The position numbers and the translations under genes were made by a program. A stretch of 63,228 nt of DNA, the filler included, from Reclinomonas americana ATCC 50394 (Eukaryota): NCBI GenBank assembly GCA_048213135.1. It is 8 parts of 4 records of this genome, joined end to end, with 100 filler letters (N's around TTAATTAATTAA, not from the genome) between each part and the next. Parts side by side here need not be neighbours in the genome. Positions count along the whole stretch, not along the records: positions 9,096 to 38,269 come from PS015392.1; positions 38,370 to 42,014 come from PS015392.1; positions 42,115 to 45,815 come from PS015392.1; 5 more parts are not named here. One strand, written 5' to 3'. Of this stretch, positions 27,501 through 43,552 are shown in pieces. How positions within the stretch are numbered: the stretch's first letter is position 1; every line of letters starts with the position of its first letter. Under the pieces are notes generated by a model. The model did not search any database and was not told the origin of the DNA. It saw only the letters and a program-made list of their open reading frames with translations.

Positions 27501-28520
27501 CACCAGCGACCATTGCGGGCGCAGAATGCACCTTTTGTGGTACAAGAACACGCTCGTCCATGTGTTTGCCGAAGAGGCCATTCTACTCGTGGCTCTGCTG
27601 TCCTGTGGTAACGACGCCACACCCACGCTGGCCAGTGTCACTGAGCGCGCGCTCTTCTTGTCCTGGTTGCTGCGTTTCGAGTTTATTTTCACGGCGCGGC
27701 GAAGTGAGTCGGCAGTCGTGGTCCGTCGCTCGCTCGAGCGACTCGTTCAAGCCGGTCTCGTGGAGACAGTGGCAGCAGAGGGCGCAGACATTGTCGAATC
27801 CACCACATTGCGGTCTGGTGGTCGTTGTCAATGTGTTGTTCTCTCATACCTGCTTCTGACAGCATGCGGTCATGCGCATGCAGATTGGTGGCACGGTGTC
27901 GCGAGAATTGGTGGTTTGACTTTTTGTGCGGTCTCGTACTGCCGCTGGTCGACAGCTACTGGTGCGGCCTGTTGGCCGTGCAAGCGTTGCGTGTCGATGG
28001 GCAGTCGCTGTCGCGCAAGGAGCTGACGGCGAGAGCGCGACACTTTACCGTTCGCTTGCATGCTCTCGTTGCGTCGTGTTTTGCGGAGGGTGGCATTACT
28101 GCTTTTGAGTTGACGCCCATGTATGTATGTGCAGGGCGTGTTGGGATCACTCGAATCGACATCAACGGAGACCATGAGCAACGTGATCGCCAGCCTCGTC
28201 GATGCCAAGTTGCTGAGCAGAGCCGGGGCGGGGGGTGATTCGTTGCAGGTGGCAGTCGATGGCGGGGATCACAAGCCGACACATGTGCCGTGGCTCACCA
28301 CGCTAAATGTGGACACTGTGAGCGATGCCGTACAACAAGTGCGACAAGGTGCACAGGATGCGAAGGCAGTTGCGACAATAGCATCCAACACAGAGAAATC
28401 TTGCGTGTGTGTATGCTCACCCCTTTCTGCGGCTGTGTCCAGGCGCTGGCACTGGAGAGCACACGACGAGCGATCGAGGTGGTCGAGAGCGAGTGGCCGG
28501 TGCTGCGAGCAAAGCTATGA
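24502..28520 (+). CDS. Glycerol-3-phosphate / dihydroxyacetone-phosphate acyltransferase (GNPAT-like), gapped
   Basis: PIVLLPTHK|AHMDY catalytic HxxxxD, GAYWIRRSFGDDPLYKALF and FFPEGGRSRSGK motifs; C-terminal -AKL (PTS1), as in GNPAT. Confidence 0.85.
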
Positions 28521-28584
28521 CGGATCCTCCTCTAACATGTAATAATGAATCTGGGTGGCCCTTCCTGTTGTTTACCGGCACGAT

Positions 28585-28620
<36 letters not shown>

Positions 28621-28985
28621 GAGGAGGCAGAAGGAAGGCTGTGGGAGAGAAGCTGCATTGAGAGACAAGGGAAGGAGGGAGGAGAGAGAGAGGGGCGACC
28701 TGCGCTGTGGTCTCCAAACTATGACGGATCCCACGACAGTGATAATGAATCTGGGAGCCCTCCTGTAGCTTACCGACACGATGACGAGCCAGTGCACGAA
28801 GGAAACCGTAGCCTCAGCGCCCTCGTTTCCAAAGCAAGCACAGTCCGCAATCTCATCCACACACACCCAAGAGCTCTCACCACAACTCTTCATCTTTTCA
28901 CTGCACCACACCACCATCTAACAACAAACAAAACAACACGAACAGAGAGTGCACTATCACATGCGCCCACTCTTCCACACCGCGC

Positions 28986-29346
28986 TCACTGCTGTGGCAT
29001 CGATGATGATGATGACGACGACACATCACCATGCAGCTGCTCACGCACAGTCTCCCACTTCTCCTTGCGCACGCGCGCCTTTTCGCGGTTCTCCGCAGAG
29101 ATACGCAATCGCTCGGCGCGACAGCATCGATTCACGGCCAAGTTGACATCGTTGCAGTAGCCGACGAACTTGAGAACGGGATGTGACTGCCACACAGAGA
29201 GAGAGATGCGAAAGATGCAAGTTGGATCTCTCGTGGTCGCTGCAGGCACGAGCGCACACCCATGGAGTTACCTTGTGGCAGTTCTCCAGTGCTGCGAATA
29301 CCTCTGCGCAGTTGGGAAAGCGCAGTGTTGTCAAGTGAGGGTGCAT
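28986..29346 (-). CDS. CMC2: CMC2-like twin Cx9C mitochondrial COX assembly protein, 2 exons
   Basis: MHPHLTTLRFPNCAEVFAALENCHK|SHPVLKFVGYCNDVNLAVNRCCRAE closely resembles CMC2 (MHP...ECHK..LKFFGYCND). Confidence 0.85.
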
Positions 29347-29788
29347 TCTCTCGCGATCTAATCCGGAGCTTCGTTTGCAGCAATGATTGTGCAGGACAGC
29401 GATGTGCGGAGTCCGCAGCAGAAGCGACTCTTAGAGTGAAACTACATGTAGCATGCAGCTGCTTTTGTGGCACTTGTAGACAAGCAGTGCATTGTGTGCT
29501 CCATGCGACGTCGAATTGCGAAGTCAACTGCACAATGCAACTCGTCGTCCACTGCCGACGACAAAGTCACAGGCACGCTCTCGTGTTGTCCTTCTCTATA
29601 CACGAGTGACACACTGTGGTCCACCCAGCGCGGCGTACGAGCGACAACTCCGACTCTTGTCCTGCAAATTACTCACACTTTCACTCACTATTCGGCGCGT
29701 ACGAGCAGTTCTCGCGCACCTTCTGCACTCACTTCACACCACCAACACCTCTTCTCCCCCTGCTTCACCGTCTGCTTCTCGCACAAAC

Positions 29789-32633
<2,845 letters not shown>

Positions 32634-32634
<1 letters not shown>

Positions 32635-32659
32635 GCCTGCAGGTCGCGCCCTGCAGGCT
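32634..32659 (+). promoter_or_regulatory. Perfect 10-bp hairpin overlapping the stop codon (candidate Sec redefinition element)
   Basis: AGCCTGCAGG-tcgcgc-CCTGCAGGCT. Confidence 0.5.
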
Positions 32660-32811
32660 AACCAGCTTCTGGTTCCGTCGCACACATCATCATGTTCTCT
32701 GTATGTTTTGTTTCAAATGTCGCGGTGTTCTTTCCTTTTTTTTCTCGTAGCCCTCTCTACTCCTGCTCTCCGTGGCGTGCCCATTATTGATGGCACGGCA
32801 CGGACGTGCAT

Positions 32812-32875
32812 GTTGTCGTATGACGCTCCAACTCTGAAACGGCAAACACGCCGTCGAGTGGTGCTGATATCGGAA
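32812..32875 (+). promoter_or_regulatory. SECIS element (form II) in the TrxR 3' UTR
   Basis: ATGA core (32820-23), 12-nt helix arm GCTCCAACTCTG, AAA (32837-39), mini-stem CGGC/GCCG, complementary arm GAGTGGTGC, then TGAT (32865-68). Confidence 0.85.
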
Positions 32876-33282
32876 AATTTTCCCTGCTGCTTTTTTGTGC
32901 GTGCTCATTTGCCCCGTGTGCGAGGGCGTGAGCATGCAGGCGGTGGATTTTTTCTCGGTCAACATGTTGGATGGAGAGAGGGAGGACAGAATGAAAAGAA
33001 TCGACGTCGCGTCCCAACGGCTACGTCACACCAAAAAAAAAGCGCGCGTTTTTCGCAAATCGTGCACGCTCGTGTGTGTCTACACCTCGCTTTAGACAAC
33101 CACAAGACACACAGCAGTGAGACAGAGAGAGCGCGTGCCTGTGTGCAAGTGTGTGTGANNNNNNNNNNNNNNNNNNNNNNNNNNNNNNNNNNNNNNNNNN
33201 NNNNNNNNNNNNNNNNNNNNNNNNNNNNNNNNNNNNNNNNNNNNNNNNNNNNNNNNNNNNNNNNNNNNNNNNNNNNNNNNNN

Positions 33283-35813
33283 ATGGCCGATGGAGTGCGT
33301 GTGGCGCGCGGCCGGAAGCGCATCTCGGTGCACGAAATCGACGTGACGAATCCCGACATTCTTGATCGCTTCGTCTCCAAGGCGCACGTGGTGGTCAGCA
33401 TTGTGCCCGCCTTCCTGCACATGCATGTGGCGCAGTCGTGCTTGCGTCAGCGGAAGCACATGATCACCGCCAGCTACACGACGCCAGAGATGCAGGCGCT
33501 CGACGCGCAGGCACGCGAACTGGGCCTCATATTTTTGAATGAGATGGGAGTGGATCCTGGCATCGACCACATGTCGGCCATGTCTGTCATTGACAGGTAT
33601 CGCGATGGTGAGCATGTGAGGTGCAGGGAGTCGAAGCGGGCATATCGGCGTTGCTGTTGTCTGACTGTGAGTTGTCTGGTGTGCGTTGTGCAGCCGGCTA
33701 CACCATCAACAGCTTCAAGTCCTACTGCGGTGGTCTGCCGTCTCCCGAGTGTGCCGACAATCCGCTCGGCTACAAGTTTTCGTGGAGCCCGCGAGGTACG
33801 AGGGGCACGGGAACCGAGTGATTGCGCCCTCCCCGACAGACTGCAGCGCTAAACCGTGTCGTCTGTGTGTGCGCGCAGGTGTCCTGACGGCGGCCATGAA
33901 TGGTGCCAAGTTCATGCGCGACGGTCAAGTGGTGGACGTTGCGCAGGGTCAATCGTATGCCCGAGAGAACGTGCAGCATGTGCACGTGGCCGCTGCGTTG
34001 CGTAGCGGATGCTTGTCCACCCAGATTGCCGCTCGCTGACGTCATTATTTGTTGCCTGGTAGGTATGCGCTCGAGTGCGTCCCGAATCGCGACTCGCTGG
34101 TCTACATTGAGCGGTACGGCATCGAGGGTGTGCACACCATGTTCCGCGGCACCATGAGATACCCCGTTGCGTCGCTCGCTGCGCGTGTGCTCTTGGTCGT
34201 GTCTTGCGCCTCACATGGGATGGTAGGGTTTCGCCATTGGTGTTCGCGCATTTGTGGCTTGCGGCTTCCTTTCGGTGCAGGAGGTGGACTGGCTGAAGCC
34301 AGGCAGCCCGGCCGTGCCGTGGCGATCGTTTTCGGCGGCGCTCTTGTCGGACTCAGTGGCCGCCGGTCCTCGTCACGGTCTCAGTGAAGGTGCGTCGTCG
34401 TGGCCGTCGACAGCTCGTGTTCGCCAACTGAGACATTTTTTTCTTCTTTCTCGCAGACGAGGTGCAGCGCATGGCNNNNNNNNNNNNNNNNNNNNNNNNN
34501 NNNNNNNNNNNNNNNNNNNNNNNNNNNNNNNNNNNNNNNNNNNNNNNNNNNNNNNNNNNNNNNNNNNNNNNNNNNNNNNNNNNNNNNNNNNNNNNNNNNN
34601 NNNNNNNNNNNNNNNNNNNNNNNNNNNNNNNNNNNNNNNNNNNNNNNNNNNNNNNNNNNNNNNNNNNNNNNNNNNNNNNNNNNNNNNNNNNNNNNNNNNN
34701 NNNNNNNNNNNNNNNNNNNNNNNNNNNNNNNNNNNNNNNNNNNNNNNNNNNNNNNNNNNNNNNNNNNNNNNNNNNNNNNNNNNNNNNNNNNNNNNNNNNN
34801 NNNNNNNNNNNNNNNNNNNNNNNNNNNNNNNNNNNNNNNNNNNNNNNNNNNNNNNNNNNNNNNNNNNNNNNNNNNNNNNNNNNNNNNNNNNNNNNNNNNN
34901 NNNNNNNNNNNNNNNNNNNNNNNNNNNNNNNNNNNNNNNNNNNNNNNNNNNNNNNNNNNNNNNNNNNNNNNNNNNNNNNNNNNNNNNNNNNNNNNNNNNN
35001 NNNNNNNNNNNNNNNNNNNNNNNNNNNNNNNNNNNNNNNNNNNNNNNNNNNNNNNNNNNNNNNNNNNNNNNNNNNNNNNNNNNNNNNNNNNNNNNNNNNN
35101 NNNNNNNNNNNNNNNNNNNNNNNNNNNNNNNNNNNNNNNNNNNNNNNNNNNNNNNNNNNNNNNNNNNNNNNNNNNNNNNNNNNNNNNNNNNNNNNNNNNN
35201 NNNNNNNNNNNNNNNNNNNNGCTCGCCAAGATGGAGAGCGCGCCGGAGGAGGAGCGTGAGTTCGCCATCGACACGTTCCACTGGCTCGGCCTGTTCTCCG
35301 ACTCGGAAATGATCGTGCCACGTGGCTCGGTGCTCGACACGCTGTCTGTGCAGCTGGAAAAGAAGCTCAAATTCAAGGAGGGAGAGCGTGATACGGTGCT
35401 GATGAAGCACGACTTCCTCTTCTCCAAGGGGTACGTGCCTTATCCTGTACTATACCACCTTTCCCTTTTTGTGCTAATGTCGAAAGAATGACACAGAGAG
35501 GAGGAGGTTCAGGTCACTTCCACAATGATTGCCACTGGAGAGCCGCAGTCGTACAGCGCCATGGCACGTACAGTTGGTTTCCCACTGGCCATCAGCACCG
35601 AGTTGGTGCTCACAGTTGCGCTTGTTTTCCGCGCCCCCTCTCTCTCCTGCCTTGCGCGTCTGTCGTCGCTTACCACACGTAATTGTGTAGGGCGTCATTT
35701 CGACCCCGGGTGTGTTGACGCCGGTGCAGAAGCATGTGTACGAGCCTGTGTTGGAGGGTCTGGCACGACGAGGTATCGAGTTGGCGGAGACGGAGAAGCG
35801 GTTGAGGAAATAA
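33283..35813 (+). CDS. Saccharopine dehydrogenase (glutamate-forming; LYS9/AASS SDH domain), 5' end in a gap
   Basis: [62 protein letters not shown] and [10 protein letters not shown] motifs. Confidence 0.92.
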
Positions 35814-35901
35814 TGTCGCAGCGGCGCGCGCTGACAGGGCGTGACAGAAGTACGCATACAGTTTTTTCTTTACGGCGTGGTAATGCATGAGCTTGCAAAT
35901 T

Positions 35902-37408
35902 CTAGATGTCGCTGTCACAGCCCCACGGCGGGCACAGGTCGCTTCGCTTCTGGCAGTAGCTTCCGTGGAATCCGTCGTCGCATTGGCTGTCAGTAGAACT
36001 GCTGTGAGTGTGTGCTGCGACTTTGGAGCGCTGGCAGAATGCGAGAAAACGGCTCACCAGCGAGTGCTGCCGTCCGCGTTCTTCACGCACTTGCCGTGCC
36101 GGCCGCAGTAGCACAGCGGGCACTTGCCAGTGTCGACCTGTTCGGAGCACGTCGGCCCAGAGTAGCCTTTCTCGCACTCACTGTGATGTGTAGTGGGGGC
36201 ATTGAGTCGTTAGGCGGGCGTGTTTTGAGGGAGTGGACTCACCAGCGCTCCTTCCCGTGGATCTGCTGGCACCTTCCGTGCGGTCCGCACTGCAACGTGC
36301 AGGGACCCGGCGGCGGCGGCGGCGGCGTCGATGGCGGGACGTCGCACCAGGTGCCCGTGTAATTGTCGGTGCACTCACTGCACGAGAAACAGTAAGTAGC
36401 GTGCTTTCACGAAATCTCTAAGTTCACCAACACGAACCACGTGGGAGTGTTGTTTGGAGCAGTCACGATGCACTTGCCGTGCTTGCCGCAAAAGTGAGTG
36501 AGGCATGGCGGGAACGGAAGCAGAGCTGTTGACAAGAATGTGAGTGCGCACGCATCGCGAATCATAGTGACAGCAGGAGACGCACAGGCAATCAGCGGTT
36601 TGATGTCCGAGAGGCGCAGACCGCAGTCCTTCTTCAGGAAGTCATCGTGGACTGTGTGCCGAGTGAGCACAACGATTTTGCAAGAGATGCAAGTACTTTT
36701 CCAACAACCACGAACCTGGTGGTGGCTGGCACGAACTGCCAATGTGACCGTGAAGGCATTTGCTGATGGGTGAGCGAGGGTTAGCAGTGAAACAAAGCAA
36801 TGACGGTGCAGAGTGACTCACCACGTGGGTTTGCCATTCTCGACGACACATTTACCGTAGGTGCCGCACTTGAAATCCTTGCATACATCAGTCGACGTCG
36901 GCGGCGTCTGGCACTTCTGACCAGAGTATCCGTCGATACAAATGCTACATAGTTTGCCGACAGTTCAGTGCATGGATGATTGACGATTGCAAAACACTAG
37001 CTTCGTGCGTGCGTGCGTACCAGACTGGCGTGTCGTGCTCGACCTTGCAAGAGCCGTGCTGGCCACAGCAATAGCCCTTGCACACGTCGACTGGGCGCGG
37101 TGGTGTCTGGCAGTTCGGTCCAGAGTAGCCACCGGAGCAGGCACTGCATCATTGATGGGGAGGGAGGGAAGACAGGAAGGTGAGTCTTTTCTTGCTTCTC
37201 ACGCAGGTCTACTTTGACATCACTTACCACTTGGGTGTGTTGCTCTCCACCACACACTTGCCGTAGCTGCCGCAGTTGAAATCCTTGCATACGTCGACTG
37301 GGTATGGCGGTGTGAGACAGTTCGGGCCAGAGTAGCCACCGGTGCACACACTGCATCATCGATGGGGAAGGAAGACAGGGAGGTGAGATCTTCCCGGCTT
37401 CCCACACC
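35902..37408 (-). CDS. EGF-like repeat protein, 3' part
   Basis: Repeated exons C-VCTGGYSGPNCLTPPYPVDVCKDFNCGSYGKCV, ECEKGYSGPTC and QCDDGFHGSYC; stop at 35902. Confidence 0.8.
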
Positions 37409-38018
37409 NNNNNNNNNNNNNNNNNNNNNNNNNNNNNNNNNNNNNNNNNNNNNNNNNNNNNNNNNNNNNNNNNNNNNNNNNNNNNNNNNNNNNNNNNNNN
37501 NNNNNNNNNNNNNNNNNNNNNNNNNNNNNNNNNNNNNNNNNNNNNNNNNNNNNNNNNNNNNNNNNNNNNNNNNNNNNNNNNNNNNNNNNNNNNNNNNNNN
37601 NNNNNNNNNNNNNNNNNNNNNNNNNNNNNNNNNNNNNNNNNNNNNNNNNNNNNNNNNNNNNNNNNNNNNNNNNNNNNNNNNNNNNNNNNNNNNNNNNNNN
37701 NNNNNNNNNNNNNNNNNNNNNNNNNNNNNNNNNNNNNNNNNNNNNNNNNNNNNNNNNNNNNNNNNNNNNNNNNNNNNNNNNNNNNNNNNNNNNNNNNNNN
37801 NNNNNNNNNNNNNNNNNNNNNNNNNNNNNNNNNNNNNNNNNNNNNNNNNNNNNNNNNNNNNNNNNNNNNNNNNNNNNNNNNNNNNNNNNNNNNNNNNNNN
37901 NNNNNNNNNNNNNNNNNNNNNNNNNNNNNNNNNNNNNNNNNNNNNNNNNNNNNNNNNNNNNNNNNNNNNNNNNNNNNNNNNNNNNNNNNNNNNNNNNNNN
38001 NNNNNNNNNNNNNNNNNN

Positions 38019-38268
38019 GTGTGGCGGAGAACAACACACCCAAATGGTGAGTGATGTCAAAGTAGACCTGCGTGAGAAGCAAGAAAAGACTCACCTCCCT
38101 GTCTTCCTTCCATGTCAATGATGCAGTGTGTGCAACGGTGGCTACTCTGGACCGAACTGCCAGACACTGCCGTACCCAGTCGACGTGTGCAAAGACTTCA
38201 ACTGTGGCAGCTACGGCAAGTGTGTAGCGGAGAACAGCACACCGAAGTGGTGAGTGATGCCGAGGGAG
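38019..38268 (+). repeat. Further copy of the EGF exon+intron module, in the opposite orientation
   Basis: Near-identical to the reverse complement of 37140-37400, intron sequence included. Confidence 0.8.
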
Positions 38269-38369
38269 ANNNNNNNNNNNNNNNNNNNNNNNNNNNNNNN
38301 NNNNNNNNNNNNNTTAATTAATTAANNNNNNNNNNNNNNNNNNNNNNNNNNNNNNNNNNNNNNNNNNNN

Positions 38370-41300
38370 GTCGCTTCTCTGTCACCGACTCGCCCACCGC
38401 TGCCGACATTACTCGGCGCAAAAAGTCGGGTGGTGCGAAATCGTCGACCGCATCACAGAAGCAGTCGACAAGTCGCAAGGCTGTGGCCGCGTCGTCGTCG
38501 TCGTCGGGAGTCAAGGCCGGTGGTGCCGCGTCTGCTCGATCACAGTCGGCTCGCTCGAGCAGTCGTGAGTCGGCAGGACGCTCTGGTTCGCGTCCCAACT
38601 CTGCCAAAGCAGGCGCTGCTGCTGCTGCTGCCGCGGCGGCTGCGGAGGAGGAAGACGAAGGCGAGGACGAGGACGAGGAGGAGGAAGGCGCCGGAGAAGA
38701 TGAGTGGAATGAGGAGGACTTTTCTGGTGAGGGCGAGGAGCTCGGCAGTGATGCGGGAGACGACGAAGACGACGACGGTGCTTTCTCGGACACCAGTGCG
38801 CGCTACCGCACAGCGGCGGCCGTGGCCTCGCGTGCCAGCTCTGCGGCATCCACTGCACGTGACTCGGCTCGGTGAGTGCACGTGATGTGGAGAGTGTGCC
38901 TTGTCACAGCCGACCAACTGTGTGTTTGTGTGTTTGCTTGCAGTGAGAACCGACGTGCGCGGGCTGTGCTGCGTCGGGATCTGTATTCGGGACCCGAGTT
39001 GAAGGCGCCGCGTGGAAGCAAGGAGGTGAGTCGAAAGTCGATGCGGTACAAAAGAGTTCTTCTTTGCGTGAGCTCATTGCCCGTGTTTTCTTGCTTGCAG
39101 TGGCTTGTGGAGGTTGAGGAGTCGAATCTCCTGCTGCGCGAACTCGTACAGGAGATGGACGCGCAGGGTGTGCTGTGGAACGGGCGAAAATGGGCCGAGG
39201 AGGTGCTGGAGACGATTGGGCGCATCTTTGCACGTGAGCGCGAGTCACGCAAACTCATGTCGATGACGGAGGAGTGTGGAATGCGCGCTGTGGAATGCAT
39301 TTTCAACAGTCGCCGTGCGAAGAAGCGTCGTGGTACCGACGACCAGGAGGCAGCGGATCGTGCACGCTGTCAGCAGTTTGATCGCGAGTTGAACGACATG
39401 GCGCGAGCGGCAAATGTTTCCTGGGCTCCGCTGGGCAAGCTCGAATCGCTGTTGACAAGCAAACGACCAGGCGTGCTATGGATGTGGAGGCAAGTGGCTC
39501 GCAAGGCCTACCTTGTACTGCATCACGTCAACGAAACACTGTTTAACGAGCTCAAGGAGCGCTACCGCTACTGGGAGCACATTGGCCACTTGTATGGCGA
39601 CAGTCGAGACAAGGATCCGGCCTCGCGCGGTATGTTCATTTATTTGGTTCACCCCATGTCTTGTGCTCGCCTGCTGACTCTCGGTCTGGCGTGTAGGAGC
39701 GCGGCCGAAACCGCTCACCAAGCTGTCCTCCTCAAGGTAAACACGGAACGCAGTTTGTCTCCCTCTCTCTCTCATCACTCACTAATCCGAGTGCAGAAGT
39801 GTGGCCAGTGACACGAGCGCCCGCCGCCTGTCCGGCCGGCGAGACTCGACGGCGTCGAGTTCCACACCAGTCTCCGCGGCCGGTACTCCGTCTGTGACAC
39901 CGGCGGCCACGGCACGTGTGGACAGCGAGGCTGTGAAGACAGTCAAGTCGCCTCCTGCACAGCAGGCATCGTACTCGGTACGCCTACGCCTCCTTCCCCC
40001 CCACATGTTTCACTTGATGATGTGTCGACTTATGTGGTGCTGTGTGTTGTGACGTATAGTCGACGTGGGATCACGCCGGTTTCGACAGTGCACGAGTGAC
40101 GCGCCCTTCTCCCACGGCGGCTGCTGTGGGTTCCATACCGGTGCCAGGAACGTACGGCTCGACCGAATCGTGCGTACTCGCGTGTCGATCAGCGAGCGTC
40201 ACAACACCAGCGCTCACTGAATATGTGTGCGCAGATTACCGCCGCAGGGAGAAATCCTCCGTGGTGGTGTGCACATGTCAGAAATCAGCATTCAGGTCGA
40301 TGACCGCGAGCTGCACGAATTCGAAAAAGTGCTGCTCCGCGACCGGAACGAGCGGCAAGGCCTGTCGGCATCGGTGCTGCAGTTCCCGGTGAGGAGCATC
40401 TTGTGGCCGCGTGCATGCGCTTCCCTTCTCTCCCTGCCTCGTTGTTGACTTGTCACGTGCAGTGGAGTGCACCGGGTCGCCGCGTCGATCACTCACTGTT
40501 CCGTGGTGCGTACCTCGCGCCTGACATGGACGCTGGTGCGGGCTGGAAGAAACCACAGCGCGGCCAAATTGTGCCTCCCGGACGCCTGCGCCGCGTGCGA
40601 CAGGGGGGCGGCGCAGTTGGTGCCAGTGCCGAGTTGGACGCATCAACAGCCGTTGCGTGTTGTTTCTCTGCAAGTCTCCCACTCGCGCGACGCTCATGTG
40701 AGCAACGCACAGGTGCTGGATAGCGGCGAGGTCGTCAAGCTGCTGCCCGCTGGCATTCACTACGACTGGGAGCAGATTGTGCGCGAGGGTACGGTGCGCT
40801 TCAAGGCAGACTCATCGCTGCAGCACGACGGCGGTGACATTAGTGTCACCAGTGACATTGATCTGGTGAGCTGCTGGCGACAAATACGACTGCTAGTTCA
40901 CTCCACACTAACTCCTGCTGACAGGCGCAAGCGAGCTACGAGACACTGGAACGACTGTCGTCGCGTGTGGCCGCCTTTGGACGACAAGTGGAGGGCGTGA
41001 AGCAGGAAATGTCGGTGCGCGGCTCCATGTCGGGCTCGGCGGTCTCGGCCGACGACACTCGTGTGCTGCAGGCTACCTCGTCGCCACCCAAGGTGCCGAG
41101 TGTGTGTGTGTGCGCGCGCGCGTTGCTGTCGTGTCTCCCACCTACCATCGTAGTCGCTGACAATCGCGTTGTCATAGCGCGGACTCGCTCTGGCTTCGAA
41201 TGCCCGAGCCGACAGTCCCGAGCACTCGCGCTCACCACTGCGAATGCATGCACACCGCATGATGTTCCCGGAGGGTCCAGTGCCGGAGGCCGCTCTCGAA

Positions 41301-42014
41301 CGTCGCATTGCATTCGCGCGGGGCTCGCTGCGACCGCAGTCGGCCAAGTTGCGCGCCGCAGCAGTGAAGCACGACACATTCCACGGCACTGACTCGCTGT
41401 TTCTCCTTTTTCTTTGTTGCACAGAGAACTGCGTCGTATCCAGACCAGTGTGCGTGGCCGCAACTCGTTGCGCCTCTCCGAATCCATGGGGTTTGTCCTC
41501 TTTTTCTTATCACATCGTCGTCGTCGTGCGTGTCGTCCATCACACCCACCTCTCGCACTCTCTCTTGTCTACCGCAGCCCCGGTGCTAGCGGACAACTGG
41601 CTCTCGGTCGCTCCATGTCGGCCACTCGCACTGACAGCGCGGGACCGTCGGCACGGGAGAGCAGCGGCAGCGTGCTGGACACACTGCAGGTCGGCATGGG
41701 TCGACCGCAGTCGGCCAAGCAGTCGGTGAGTCGCGATATCGAGCGCGACGGGGTGCCGATCCAAGTGGGACTGCGACCGCGGATACGGCCGCAGTCAGCG
41801 CGACCGCCATCTGCTCCCTCGATTCCACACGTCTCTCGGGTCTGTGTGTGTGTGCTCTCACAGTTGTCGTTCTGAAGAAGCCTGCTTGCTCACTGACGTG
41901 TGTTCGCAGACCATGGAGGGGTGGATCTCGTCGGTGGCGGAGCGTGACGACGTGAAGTCGCAGATGAATGACCTTCGTGTGCGCTCCAGCGCCATGCAGG
42001 CCATCATGCTGCCA
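38370..42014 (+). CDS. Uncharacterised multi-exon protein with an acidic tract and repeated RPxSA motifs; both ends truncated
   Basis: Long exons (39100-39630 WLVEVEESNLLLRELVQEMD...) and GT-AG introns; RPNSAK, RPQSAK and RPQSAR motifs. Confidence 0.6.
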
Positions 42015-42114
42015 NNNNNNNNNNNNNNNNNNNNNNNNNNNNNNNNNNNNNNNNNNNNTTAATTAATTAANNNNNNNNNNNNNNNNNNNNNNNNNNNNNN
42101 NNNNNNNNNNNNNN

Positions 42115-42860
42115 CGCAGCACATCGAGGCCGGCAATCTGCCCGGCGTCCTTGGTGGCCGTACGCTGCGCGTCGTTGAAGTAGGCCGGCACTGTGACCAC
42201 GGCCTTGGCGACCTTCTTGCCAATGTACGACTCGGCCGTCTCCTTCATCTTGACGAGCACCATGGCTGAGATCTCCTCGGCCGCAAACAGCTTCTCCTCG
42301 CCCTTGTAAATCACTTGGATCATGGGCTTGTCGTTCGGGCCTGCACACACGACGAGTGTGAGGATACGGAATCGAGAATCGAGCACAAAAAAGATAGCAA
42401 GGCAGCAGCACACACACATTACCTTGAACGACAGTGAACGGCCACAGCTTCATATCGGCCTGCACTGTGGGATCCGTGTACTTGCGACCGATGAGGCGCT
42501 TGGCATCAAAGACTGCGTATGTGCATGTGTGTGTCAGGAATCTACTACATGCGCGAAATAGTACGAGTGTGTGCGTGATGACGCAACTTGTGTTGAGTGG
42601 GTTGATCGCCGCGTGGTTCTTCGCGGCATCGCCAATGAGGCGCTCCGTCTCCGTGAAGCTGACATAGGAGGGTGTGGTGCGGTTGCCCTGGTCGTTGGCG
42701 ATGATGGTGACCTGGTTGTTCTCGAACACACCGACACACGAGTAGGTGGTGCCGAGATCGATACCGATTGCTCCTGCACGACGGAGAGAGTGTGTGAGGG
42801 GCGGGAGACAGGGAGAAGGGGGGAGAGAGGAGAGAGGAAGCACTCACCGTTGTAGGTCAT
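42115..42860 (-). CDS. HSP70: Cytosolic-type HSP70, 5' part (4 exons)
   Basis: [41 protein letters not shown] and [14 protein letters not shown]. Confidence 0.97.
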
Positions 42861-43051
42861 TGCTTGTGCTCCGAGGGAATGTGGAAAAACTGAGTGAATC
42901 GGACCCACTTCAAAAAGGTTTATATACCCAAATTGGGGGCTGTTTCGGGGGTACGACGGGGGACACGGGGCGAGGGCGAATCTGCGAGATGCACGCGACG
43001 GGCGACGTCAGCAAGGGGTCACCATGCAGAAACAGGGAAGCAGGTAGTCGC

Positions 43052-43515
43052 TCACCGAGATTCGCCTGCTACGGTGGCGGTGGCAGGTGGGCGAGCTTGC
43101 AGGAATCGAGCTGTGACGCAATGCGCGCTGCACTCCTGTGACATGAATGACCACCACGTCCAGCAGCTTCTCGGTGGTGTTGAACTCAGGGTACACGGAT
43201 ATCAGTGTGTCGGATCCATACATCGAGGGAGCCAAATTTGGCTCCCTATTGCATCACCCACCATACTGTCTCGTTTACCTCTATTACATTATCATATCGT
43301 CGGGGAAGAGTTCACCGCTGCTGCCGGCGACTCCGTGGCACAAACCCGCTGTCACTGTCGATAATACCATCGTCGTCGTTATCCGCTCTTGTGTTCTCCA
43401 GGTGCTTCATCATTTGCTGATGGGCGTCTCGGAACTGCGCGGGTGGAGGGGAGGAGGTGAGCACAGCGAAGGCAAGGGGGAGGGGGGAGGAAGGGAGAGG
43501 TAGAGGGGGGACGGA

Positions 43516-43552
<37 letters not shown>

